Below are positions 1-10,883 of a DNA stretch of 64,000 bases, piece by piece. The stretch comes from Octopus sinensis. Lineage: Eukaryota. Position 1 is the stretch's first letter. Each line of letters starts with the position of its first letter. The notes under the pieces were generated by a model. That model was not told the origin of the DNA. It worked only from the letters and a program-made list of their open reading frames with translations, and searched no databases. Where the stretch lies: the NCBI RefSeq assembly GCF_006345805.1, contig NC_042999.1:20026001-20090000 (forward strand). The letters are read 5' to 3'. Both the position numbers and the translations under genes were made by a program.

Positions 1-278
1 CTTCTCAGACTGGTGATCTCTCATTCTTTCCCTTACGTCCATGCATAAATTAACTTTATTCACAAAGATGTTCAGAAACTGATGGTAAAATCAGTTAATA
101 ATTTACTATGTATCAAACATGGTGAATAGCTATCAGTTTCACATCTTTATAGTGTCTGGACACTTTTATGGTCTAGTTCAGAAAGTAAGAGGGATAATTT
201 GACAAATATATATATATATACATACATACATATTTACACACACACACACATAGATATTAATATAATTACATACACACA

Positions 279-348
<70 letters not shown>

Positions 349-352
349 GTTA

Positions 353-383
<31 letters not shown>

Positions 384-604
384 CATTATTATTATTATTA
401 TTATTGTTATTGCTATCATTATTATTATTGTTATTATTATTATTATTATTATTGTTATTATTATTATTATCATCATCATTATTATTATTATTATTATTAT
501 TATTAATATCATCATCATTATCATCATTATTATTATCATCATCATTATCATCATTATATTTATCATCATCATTATCATCATTATTATTATCATCATCATC
601 ATCA

Positions 605-646
<42 letters not shown>

Positions 647-660
647 TTATTATTATTATA
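279..660. repeat. (ATT)n/(ATC)n trinucleotide microsatellite
   Basis: Direct reading; explains the poly-N/I/L ORFs at 178-720. Confidence 0.98.
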
Positions 661-894
661 TATATATATGCATATAGGATATTTTTTCCTTGTAGATGAA
701 ACACGTTGAAACACTAGCATAACTTAATCCTAAAGATAGGCCTTCAAAGGTCAGGAAAAATTGGTGAGAAATTTTGGAACTCACCAAGCACACTACAAAA
801 ATTTCAAGCAACACATGGCAAAAACTGTGATAAATATAAATCTATTATTCATGTTTGCAGTATATAGATACATTCAAGGACATATGTGTCTATA

Positions 895-941
895 ATCTGT
901 ATGTATCTATCTGTCTGTCTATATGTTTATCGATCTGTTTG

Positions 942-1034
<93 letters not shown>

Positions 1035-1066
1035 AATCTATCTATCTATTTATCTATCTATCTGTA

Positions 1067-1133
<67 letters not shown>

Positions 1134-1230
1134 ATATCTATCTATCTATCTATCTATCTATCTACCTACCTGTCTGTCTGTCTGTCTCTATCCATATATA
1201 TATATATCCATCTATTTATCTGTCTACTTA
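895..1230. repeat. (TATC)n tetranucleotide microsatellite
   Basis: Direct reading; explains the YLSI-repeat ORFs. Confidence 0.97.
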
Positions 1231-1607
1231 GCCATCTGTAAGTGTGTGTGCTTGTGTGAGTGTGCATGTGTTTGTATGAGTGTGTGTGTGTATACGTATG
1301 TGTACATGTGTGTGTGTGTATATATATATATATATACATGTGTGTACACGAATGTGTATATGAATATATGTTTCTGTATTACGCAAATAGTAAATATGCT
1401 TGTTGAAATATATGTCATACTTTGTAGAAAATCATAATTTTTTTCAGCTGAGATGTGTCTGACAGTATTCAGCTTGATAAGCATAATATACTGGAAGGGA
1501 GGAAATTATCTCGATCTTGTTTTTTCAGGTTTTTACTAAAACAAATCCACATAATGTAGAATTTTGTTGAATCTATTGAATCTATGTTCTTTAATGAGTA
1601 AAATACA

Positions 1608-2126
<519 letters not shown>

Positions 2127-2393
2127 CTACAAAATCATTGGATATTTCTTTGAGTAGTAAGGAAAAGTTTGCTTGCCATGAAGAGGGAAGATTTTGGTAC
2201 GTTGGAAATTTGACCTACATCAACAGAAAACAAGTGTATAGTGAAATACCGTGTGTGTATGTGTGTGTGTATGTGCACATAGGTATATGTATATACATAA
2301 ATACATACATATACATACTCACACATATACACACATACACATAGAGACAATGTATCCCTATGTCTTTCGCTCTTCTTATCTCTATATTTGAAT

Positions 2394-2451
2394 CTGCATT
2401 CTGATGATGTCTACCACTACAACAGGTAAGCAGAAACGATCGTAAATGTAG
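2394..2451 (+). ncRNA. Minimal type-I hammerhead ribozyme (predicted)
   Basis: Stem I CTGCATT/AATGTAG, core CTGATGA, stem II TGT-C-TACC/GGTA-A-GCA, GAAA, palindromic stem III ACGATCGT, GUA cleavage after 2444. Confidence 0.75.
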
Positions 2452-3777
2452 TATTACTACCACTTTTCTTTATTAATAATTTAAATTAATGGCTTGCTAG
2501 CACAAACGACCAACTTCTTCCTGAAATTTTTCCTCCAATTTTCTTCGTGAAAATATGTATGTATATTCATATACGTATCTATATATAATTGTTTAAGAGG
2601 ACAACAAACGTTAAGGCACGGTGAACATCTCAAGTCAAATACAATATTATTATAGGAAAAAAATTCAAAGTCTTACAGCTGTTTCTGGGATATCCCCAGA
2701 GTATAACCTTGGAGCCCTAGTAATCTGTTACAGCACTTACCTAGCACACCTAATCATTTAGATCACCTGTGAACTAAACCTCCAGGAGATTGGGAAAAAA
2801 TGTTGGCATTATTTATTCACCATGATACAAGTTTCATTTCGTAATAGGAGTTACAAAATTGTACATGTAGGAAAAACATGTAACATATCTCCTCTTAGAG
2901 ATTCTTCAGACAAAGAATCAAAATATCAAATAGTACAAGAATATGCAGATGTAATTTGCAAGGACACAGCTTGGATTATAACCCCATCTGCATACGATAT
3001 ATAGTATATATTTAAAACTAAACAAAGCATAAGAGATTGTTCAAAGATATTAAGTTGCACATCTTATGCATAAAAATGATTATTAGCTACGTTTAATGTA
3101 AATTACATAACCAGAATGTATTGTCAAATCATCAGAGATATGTAAACTTTATATGTAACATTATTGGATTATTGACAAGAGTTAGTCATATCGAGATGTC
3201 ATCATCATCATCATCATCGTCGTCATCATTATCATTGTCGTCGTCATCATTAAACATATTTTCTACACTGACACAGGATAGACAGTTTGACAGGTGTTGG
3301 CAAACCATAAAACTGCAGCAGGTGCAATTGTCTACTTTGGAAACGATTTCTATGACTAGATGCCCTTCGCAGCACTAGCCCCTTCGTAGAATGTACAGGG
3401 TGCTTTTGGCATGGCACTGGATAGAGTAACAAAGAAATTATCTGTTATGTTATGTTGACAGACAATTGATGAACTTGTCATTAATTAATTTTTTTTCTAC
3501 AGACAACGTAATGTGTACATGAGCAAGGCATACAATTCTTCTCTCTGTAGTTTTTATGATTGATTAAAATAATGCTATAATTCTTTCACAGTTGCGTGAC
3601 TTGGCAGCAATAAGAGCATCCAGCTGTGAAACACTTCCTTAAAAAATGATCATCTCACCCAACCAAGCATTAGAACAAAAAAAAATGGAAATTTTTAAAT
3701 AATAATATTAAAAATATTATCAAAAATAATTATGTCAAAAACAATAGTAACAACGACAATAGCTGTTATAATAACAG

Positions 3778-4535
3778 TGATGATGATGATGATATGATGG
3801 TGGTGGTGGTGGTGGTGGTGGTAGTGGTGGTGGTGATGACAATGATGACGATGATGAGGATTATGACGATGGCAATGATGTTGATGATGATGATGACAAC
3901 GATGATGATTATGACGATGACGATGACGGTGATGATGATGATTATGATGACGATGATGATGATGATTATGATGATTATGATGATGATGATTATGATGATG
4001 AGGATTATGATGATTATGATGATTATGATGATTATGATGATGGCAATGATGTTGATGATGATGATGACAACGATGATGATTATGACGATGACGATGATGT
4101 TGATGATGATAATGATTATGATGATGATGATGATTATGATGATTATGATGATTATGATGATTATGATGATGGCAATGATGTTGATGATGATGATGACAAC
4201 GATGATGATTATGACGATGACGATGATGTTGATGATGATAATGATTATGATGATGATGATGATTATGATGATTATGATGATTATGATGATTATGATGATG
4301 GCAATGATGTTGATGATGATGATGACAACGATGATGATTATGACGATGACGATGATGTTGATGATGATAATGATTATGATGATGATGATGATGATGATGA
4401 CAACAATGATGGTGGTGGTAGTGGTGGTGGTTGTGGTAGTTGTGGTGGTTGTGGTAGTTGTGGTGGTTGTGGTGGTGGTCTTGGTGGTGGTGGCAGCAGT
4501 GGCAGCGGTAGTGATGGTGATGATGATGATGATGT
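3778..4535. repeat. Compound (GAT)/(GGT) microsatellite with a 129-bp higher-order unit
   Basis: Marker ggcaatgatgttg at 3871, 4042, 4171 and 4300. Confidence 0.95.
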
Positions 4536-4769
4536 AGACAGTACAAGCAGCATCAATATTTAGTAATGGCACCGGAATGACTTTGTAAACCAAAAAAATA
4601 AATGTGTAATGATGAAAATCCATAGAATGTATAGGAATCAGTCTGTGTTTAATCATTGAGAATATATTACCATTAATTGTTAGAGGAAACATAATAAATA
4701 TCTTAGAATGTTTGGGAAGCACAGCAAAATCGAAAGCATAGAAATGAATCCCTCAGAATCTGCAGAATG

Positions 4770-5010
4770 AAGAAGATTCCAAAATCTAAATTGAATGCAG
4801 GAAACATCATACATGCAATCATCGACTTGAGGGCAAAATCGCTAATAAATTGTTGAGCAGGAATTATTGAATGGAGAAAGGAAGAACTGAAGGATATTGA
4901 CAGGAAAACAAGAAGGCAAATCACAATGCACAAAAGCATGCATTCGTCATCTGATGCAGACCCGTTGTGTAGAGAAAAAGCAGAAAGTGAAAGAGGTATA
5001 TTGTATGTTG
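4770..5010 (+). pseudogene. Degenerate R4/Dong-like (RLE-type) non-LTR RT fragment
   Basis: Translates as PKSKLNAGNIIHAI...AGIIEWRKEELKDIDRKTRRQITMHKSMHSSSDAD with a stop; matches the recalled SKLNAGN...WRKEEL..IDRKTR..TMH..HP..D RT-thumb motif. Confidence 0.7.
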
Positions 5011-5019
5011 AAAAGGATC

Positions 5020-5212
5020 AGAACTAAAGAAGTCAAGTCTAGGTTCCTATGTAGATGTAAAAGAAGGTGCTATTTAAAATGGTTACGATCCCTTTTTGAT
5101 CGAAAAACCTACTCCACCTTTTAATTTAATTTTTTTAATTTTTTAATTTTTTTTCTCCCCAAAAAGAAAAGCTCTACTTTGTAATTTGTCCCCTGAGTGG
5201 CTAATAAAGGAA
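5020..5212 (+). mobile_element. 3' UTR fragment of the Tx1-like LINE family
   Basis: tacgatccc..gatcgaaaacctac..ccacc...aaaagaaaagctctac.ttgtaa.ttgtccc...gtggc.aataaag is shared with 9683-9816. Confidence 0.75.
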
Positions 5213-6006
5213 CATATTTAAAATGGTATTAAATTCAGGTTGGTATCGAAAGAGTTAATGTTCAAACTGGTCAGGTTTGACCTCACTCACTAACCCTACA
5301 ATGTTGTCCTAAAAATTAAGGGTTTCTACATCAAAATCTCAAAGCTACAAGATGATGCAGAATTAAATCAAAGCAATAAATGAAAAATGATTATATTTGA
5401 TATAAAAATGTGAATGCTAAATGGTTAAATGCATAGTTATTTATTAACCCTGGGCGACAATTTCAATCACAAGTTATTGGTCAGTGTAAAGCTACTTTTT
5501 AAATTCTTTTATTCATTTAGAACTGTTTAGAGTATGTGCAGAGCCCAAAAGGGAAGAACAGGAAATGGAAAAGAAGAAATAAAACATTAAAAGAAAGAAA
5601 CTTCATTCAATAATTATCAAGCATATGAATGAGATAAAGGATGAGGACTACTGACTGTGACAAGTACAACTGACAAAAACGAAGAAGGAAGAGGTATAAT
5701 GAGTGCTGAGGAAAGAGTAGAACTTATCTAGGTTCCTATCTCAAAGTAAAAGTCACTGTTTAACCCTTTCGAGGAATTTCAACCATGTGTCGTGGTCTGC
5801 TACCACAACAAATCCTTTATAGGATCCAGGTAGCTCAAGACATCATCAAGAGGAACCATGTCCGGTTTTGGCCCCTACCCCTCTACCGTTTTGATGTGGC
5901 CCCCCCCTACCCTTTCAGAGGTGTCTTCAGCTCTGGTGTTGGGTGCATGTCTTCTTTCTTCTGTTCCCTGGCCTCTTCGATGTAGTGTCAACGAGTGTCA
6001 GTGGGC

Positions 6007-6113
6007 GACTGACTGTTTTGTCAATTTTTTTCCTTTAAATACCTGCTGCTAGGCTCCAGCAGGCAGCCCCAGCAAGTTGTCACGTGACACTGTCTCAACT
6101 TTAACTGACCAAT
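6007..6113 (-). promoter_or_regulatory. Pol II core promoter-like module (CCAAT, E-box, TATA, Inr)
   Basis: Minus strand: Inr TCAGTC (+1 at 6010), TATTTAAA at -31 (6034-6041), GTCACGTGAC at 6079-6088, GACCAATGA around 6109-6113. Confidence 0.5.
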
Positions 6114-6254
6114 GAAGGTGTGTAGTCTCAGCCCACACATTCCCTAAACGATTCAGATTATTCTCTCAAATGTAACGCTTATTTATCCACATTGGTTTTG
6201 AATTAATCATGTATTATCTTGTAGCTTTAAGATTTCAATGGTGGTGATTGCATA

Positions 6255-6709
6255 TTTAATAATGGAGGGCAAAGTTTACGATATTAGAGGAATATCATTT
6301 CCTTCCATCATCTTCTTTTGTTCTTCACGTAGTTCAGTCTTTCGGCAGGCAAAGAGAAAAGACTTCGAGTATATCTGCTATTTACAACTGGTTTATTTAC
6401 AGGAAAGGTGAAGTGTGCTGCTCTCAGCTACCATCTTAAGCTCTGATAGTGTGGGCGCATTGCCTCTGGAGATTGACAGGCAGAAACCCACAGCCAGTGA
6501 TGTTGTTCAGCCAGTGCTGCTATGTAGTGGCACCAAAGAAGAGGAATTCGAAGAGGGTTTTCCCTTTATATAGTTTTCTCCACAACTAACCTTGTTGTAA
6601 TCTCATGAATGACAAATGGATGCAGAGCAGGTCTCTCTCCAGTCTCGGAGATGACAATGGCTGCTGCAAAATCTCATCAAATATGGTGCTAGCTGCTTGT
6701 GCTGCTACA
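6255..6709 (-). mobile_element. Candidate solo LTR
   Basis: CATA duplicated at 6251-54 and 6710-13; ends T(T)TAAT...GCTACA; minus-strand CTATATAAAGGG (6562-6573) lies upstream of AATAAA (6392-6397); interrupts a MITE. Confidence 0.5.
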
Positions 6710-7081
6710 CATATTTCTAAAATAACATTGTAGGATAGGTGGGAGAGTTTGGATCTGGCCAGTTCGATCCTAAAACAGGTAGAATTTTTTAGGAGAATTC
6801 ATGAAAAAAACAAAAGACGACGACAGGTTGTGTAGAAAACAAACAGATGTATTAGTATAACGCTCAGGAATTGAAAAAGTATTTTATGTTTCGAGCCTAC
6901 GCTCTCCACAGAAAGGAACACAGAAAGAAACAAGGAGAGAAAAAAATGTGTGGAGCCTGATATGACCAGTTTATATGCTAGTGGTTCAAAGTGATGAAAA
7001 TGTTATTTTTCGAAAAATTAACTTCTTTTGATTTTGTTGTCCCTTCCACTATTCCCAGATATTAATATGTTTCCTCTATAT

Positions 7082-7310
7082 TTAACCCATTTGTTACCAA
7101 CCCGGCTGAAACCGGCTCTGGCTCTGTAGTACAAATGTCTTGTTTACGTAAATTTTGAATTAAAATCTTCCAGCAAACCTTAGTCACAATTTCTGTTCCT
7201 AACACTAGCTTAATGATAACCAAGTTATTTTTTAAAATTCTTTGTTATATTTAAAACAATTGAAAGAAACACAGAGCATCTCAACAGAAATATGGTTACA
7301 AAAGGGTTAA
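7082..7310. mobile_element. Complete piggyBac-like MITE
   Basis: TTAA on both sides; TIRs ttaacccatttgttacca / tggttacaaaagggttaa (2 mismatches). Confidence 0.85.
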
Positions 7311-8736
7311 GGGCACTATATTCTCAACATGAGATCTATCAAGTCTACAAGGAAAAGCAGCAAATTTAGATGCTAAGAGCATGTTGTCTTAAACAAGAAG
7401 GACTCATTTGAGAATTTTGGAAAATGAAGTAATGGTCACAGTATATCACCTTTATATAGGTTTGTTTGTTCAAGGCCAGCTTAGAGCTAAACAACGGCAA
7501 CTATAAGCCAGAGAAGCACCAATTTTAAGATGCTGTTCTTTCCTGCTGTACGGTGTTGTTTACTTGGAGTGGCACCTACTTTCTGTTAGCCAGATAGACC
7601 ACTCCATTTACAGTTAAATATTTTGGCCGCAGATTTTGAAGTACTGATGACAGATTCAAAACTGTTGTGACTCAGCACTTCTGGATGGAAAAAGGTCGCA
7701 TCAACTTAAACAGCAGTGGCTCTCAAGCACAGTTTATATATTTTATAACATATAGATACTCTAACATTTGTCGGAAAAAATCAATAACCAGTGTACAACC
7801 ATTTATTTCTCAACATATGTGTGATTCCAGAGAAAGACTTGAAGGCCTCGGTTTACACTTAATATTTTTCTTTCTTAATGGACATAGAACCAAATAGCTA
7901 TGTATAGGAAGCTAATCTCCTGTGTAGAGTGATTCTCATTTATTCCCACACAAATATGTGCATTGAACATTGTGAATTGTTGCCATGGAGAGAGGCTTGA
8001 TCTCATTGTTATTTTGTCTTTGATGGTGAACATTGATGGAGAATGATAACCCTCATAGAGGTAATTAAAGACGAAGTGTTTGCAATTTCAGATATCAGTT
8101 CATAGAAAAAGCAAAACAAACCAGTTCATCTATTTATCTATTTTTATATTTTATTCTGTAGCTGAATACATTTTCTGTTTATTTTATTTTATTTTTATTT
8201 TTAAAAACCAATCTAGCCGAAAGTTGTAAAGATATTTAACCAGGTAACCCTAGGCTACAAATACAGTACTTAGTGACCACTCAGTAAATCTTGTAATATT
8301 GATTGTAATGCTGACATAAGCCTCAAATTTGTGTTGGTGAATAATCAGTCAAATCAACCCAATGTAAGATTAACATTATTTTATCTTTTACACAAGAATT
8401 CAGATAAAAAGTTTATTCTGCTTGATTTGAGCCTATATTTCAAATACAAAGCTAAATGCTGAACGAAGGGTATTTAAGTCCATCTCTCTACTTTACATAC
8501 CTTGGTATAACGATGTTTCCTGAAGACTAAAATAATATATAAAGTTATATACATATGTACATACACACACACACACACATATACACACGTATATATATAC
8601 ATGTGTATATACACAAACATATATATGTATATATAAATATATATATATATATATTTATATATATATGTGTGTGTATATAAAGTTTTATTTGTGTATGTGT
8701 ATATATATATATATATATAATATATATATATATATA

Positions 8737-9133
8737 GGCGTAAGAGTGGCTGTGTGGTAAGTAGCATGCTTACGAACCACATGGTTCTGAGTTCAGTCCC
8801 ACTGCATGGCACCTTGGGCAAGTGTCTCCTACTATAACCTTGGGCCAACGAAAGCCTTGTGAGTGGATTTGGTAGAGGTAAACTGAAAGAAGCCCGTCGT
8901 ATATATATGTATATATATATATATGTATATGTTTGTGTGTATGTGTTTGTCCCCCCAACATCGCTTGGCAACTTATGTTGGTGTGTTTACATCTCCGTAA
9001 CCTAGCGGTTCCTAAAAAAAGACCGATAGAATAAGTACTACGTTTACAAAGAATAAGTCCTGGGATCGATTTGCTCGACTAAAGGCGATGCTCCAGCATG
9101 GCCACAGTCAAATGACAGAAACAAGTAAAGAGA
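8737..9133 (+). mobile_element. SINE family A copy
   Basis: ggcgtaagagtggctgtgtggtaag head through aaatgacagaaacaagtaaag tail. Confidence 0.9.
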
Positions 9134-9170
9134 TATAAATATATAAATATATATATGTATATGTATATAT

Positions 9171-9816
9171 ATGTCAATCGAGACAAACACTTTCCTCTCT
9201 GGTCAATCTCTCATCAACTTCTTCAAGTACCGCTTGAAAAGGAAAGTGAGAGTAGAGAGGCAAGTTTTGTCTAGCGAATGTTTTAAAAAAAGATGGGTGA
9301 ATATAGCAAGGATGGCACGTATGAATGACGAAGCCACCTTGAACATAATCCTATGAACCCAGAAATTGAAAACTGAGGGTTACCCACTTGCAAACAAATG
9401 TGGTAACATATAACAATATTGACCAAGGTTACCGTGGTCTTTTTCGTAGGCTTTTCTCCCCATGGATAAACCTTACTTGCTTTCCCCTTTACACTATATA
9501 TCATAACACTGTGATACACGATCCCTATTGATCGTTCTTTTTTTCCTCTTCCCCTTTTTTCCCCCTTTTTTCTTCTTTTTTCATTTCTCTTTCCTTTTGT
9601 TCCTTTTCCTTTCCTTTTTTTTCTTTTTATTCTTTTTATTTTATTCAATTTTTTTCTGTTTTTGTTCTTTTCTTCCCTTTTACGATCCCTCTTGATCGAA
9701 AACCTACGCCACCCCTTTTTTTTCTTTTGTTTTTTGTTTTCTTCATCCCCCAAAAGAAAAGCTCTACCTTGTAACTTGTCCCATCTGTGTGCAGCCCTGT
9801 GTGGCCAATAAAGAAA
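9171..9816 (+). mobile_element. 5'-truncated Tx1/L1-like LINE (ORF2 C-terminus + 3' UTR)
   Basis: ORF 9171-9356 ([36 protein letters not shown]) resembles the Tx1 ORF2 C-terminal F..R..E......F...W segment; T-rich UTR; ends gtggccaataaagaaac. Confidence 0.65.
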
Positions 9817-9927
9817 CTTATCTATCTGTATATGTATATAAATATATATATATATATATGTGTATATGTATACATACATATATATATATACATATATATA
9901 TATATATGTGTGTGTATATATAAATAC

Positions 9928-9997
<70 letters not shown>

Positions 9998-10080
9998 GTG
10001 TGTGTATATATAAATACATATATATATATACATATATATATATGTATATATAAATACATATATATATATACATATATATA

Positions 10081-10115
<35 letters not shown>

Positions 10116-10883
10116 ATATATATATATACATATATACATATATGTATATGTATATATACATACACACACACATATGTGTGTATCTTTATATGGATATTTA
10201 AATATAGATACAAACACACACACACACGCACACACACACACACACACACCACACATATATATATATATATATTATATATTTACACACACTATACACATAT
10301 ATGTATAGTTGATTTAATACATTTATGTAACTTTATTTTCATTGGCAGGAAAAATACATCGTAGCCTGTAGTGGAATTACAGACTCACCAAACTTTTAAA
10401 TAAGCTCTGTCTGCACTGAAATAATACAATACAAGAAAAGCCAAAAAATATTTCCATTATTCGAACATCTTTAAAATTCTAGTTTTACATGCTATGTTGT
10501 CCATTTTTTTCTCTGTAAAATATGCTATAGATTAAGAATATTAAATAACATCTTTACATGTAAGAATTATGGAATCTCTAAATTTTGGCAAGTGTGATTC
10601 TTACTTTTCTAAAGATATTCTTCATACAAAATGTCATTGCGGGTATGTGAATATTGAATGACCAACACAATTTAGCGGATGCGGATAATGGTTTGAAATT
10701 TTGGCGCAAGGCCAGTCATTTCAGAGAAAGGGTTAAATCGGTTACACCAACCCCAGTACTCAAATGGTCAACTGTTGCTTATTTCATCAACCCCTAAGAA
10801 GATGAAAGGTGAAGTTGGCCATATCAGCATTTGAACTCAGTATGTGAAGATGGATAAAATGCTGTTAAGTATTTCACACAGCG

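Larger units (their letters stand above)
5760..6795. mobile_element. piggyBac-like (TTAA-CCCT) MITE split into three pieces by two insertions
   Basis: TTAACCCTTT at 5760; body pieces at 6149-6254 and 6714-6795 are collinear with other copies (16850-17001 plus 17577-17605; 18790-18985 on the opposite strand). Confidence 0.65.

Noticed and set aside
178-1484. Long poly-N/I/L/YLSI ORFs (and similar ones at 9283-10364, 35491-36210, 38401-38874, 48829-50764, 56369-56711 and 62983-63540)
   Set aside because: They are translations of tri-, tetra- and dinucleotide microsatellites that lack stops by construction.
2830-2915. Minus-strand CTGAAGA ... GAAA hammerhead candidates (also 5915-5930, 29818, 43147, 47595 and 49825)
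   Set aside because: No compatible stem I/III pairing or no GAAA after stem II.
3487-3600. Strong acceptor-like sites (ttttttttctacag at ~3500; also ~27376)
   Set aside because: No convincing downstream donor or coding frame; expected by chance in AT-rich DNA.
3695-4546. 283-aa His-rich ORF resembling histidine-rich or metal-binding proteins
   Set aside because: It is the reverse frame of a (GAT)n compound repeat, open in several frames, with no splice or start context.
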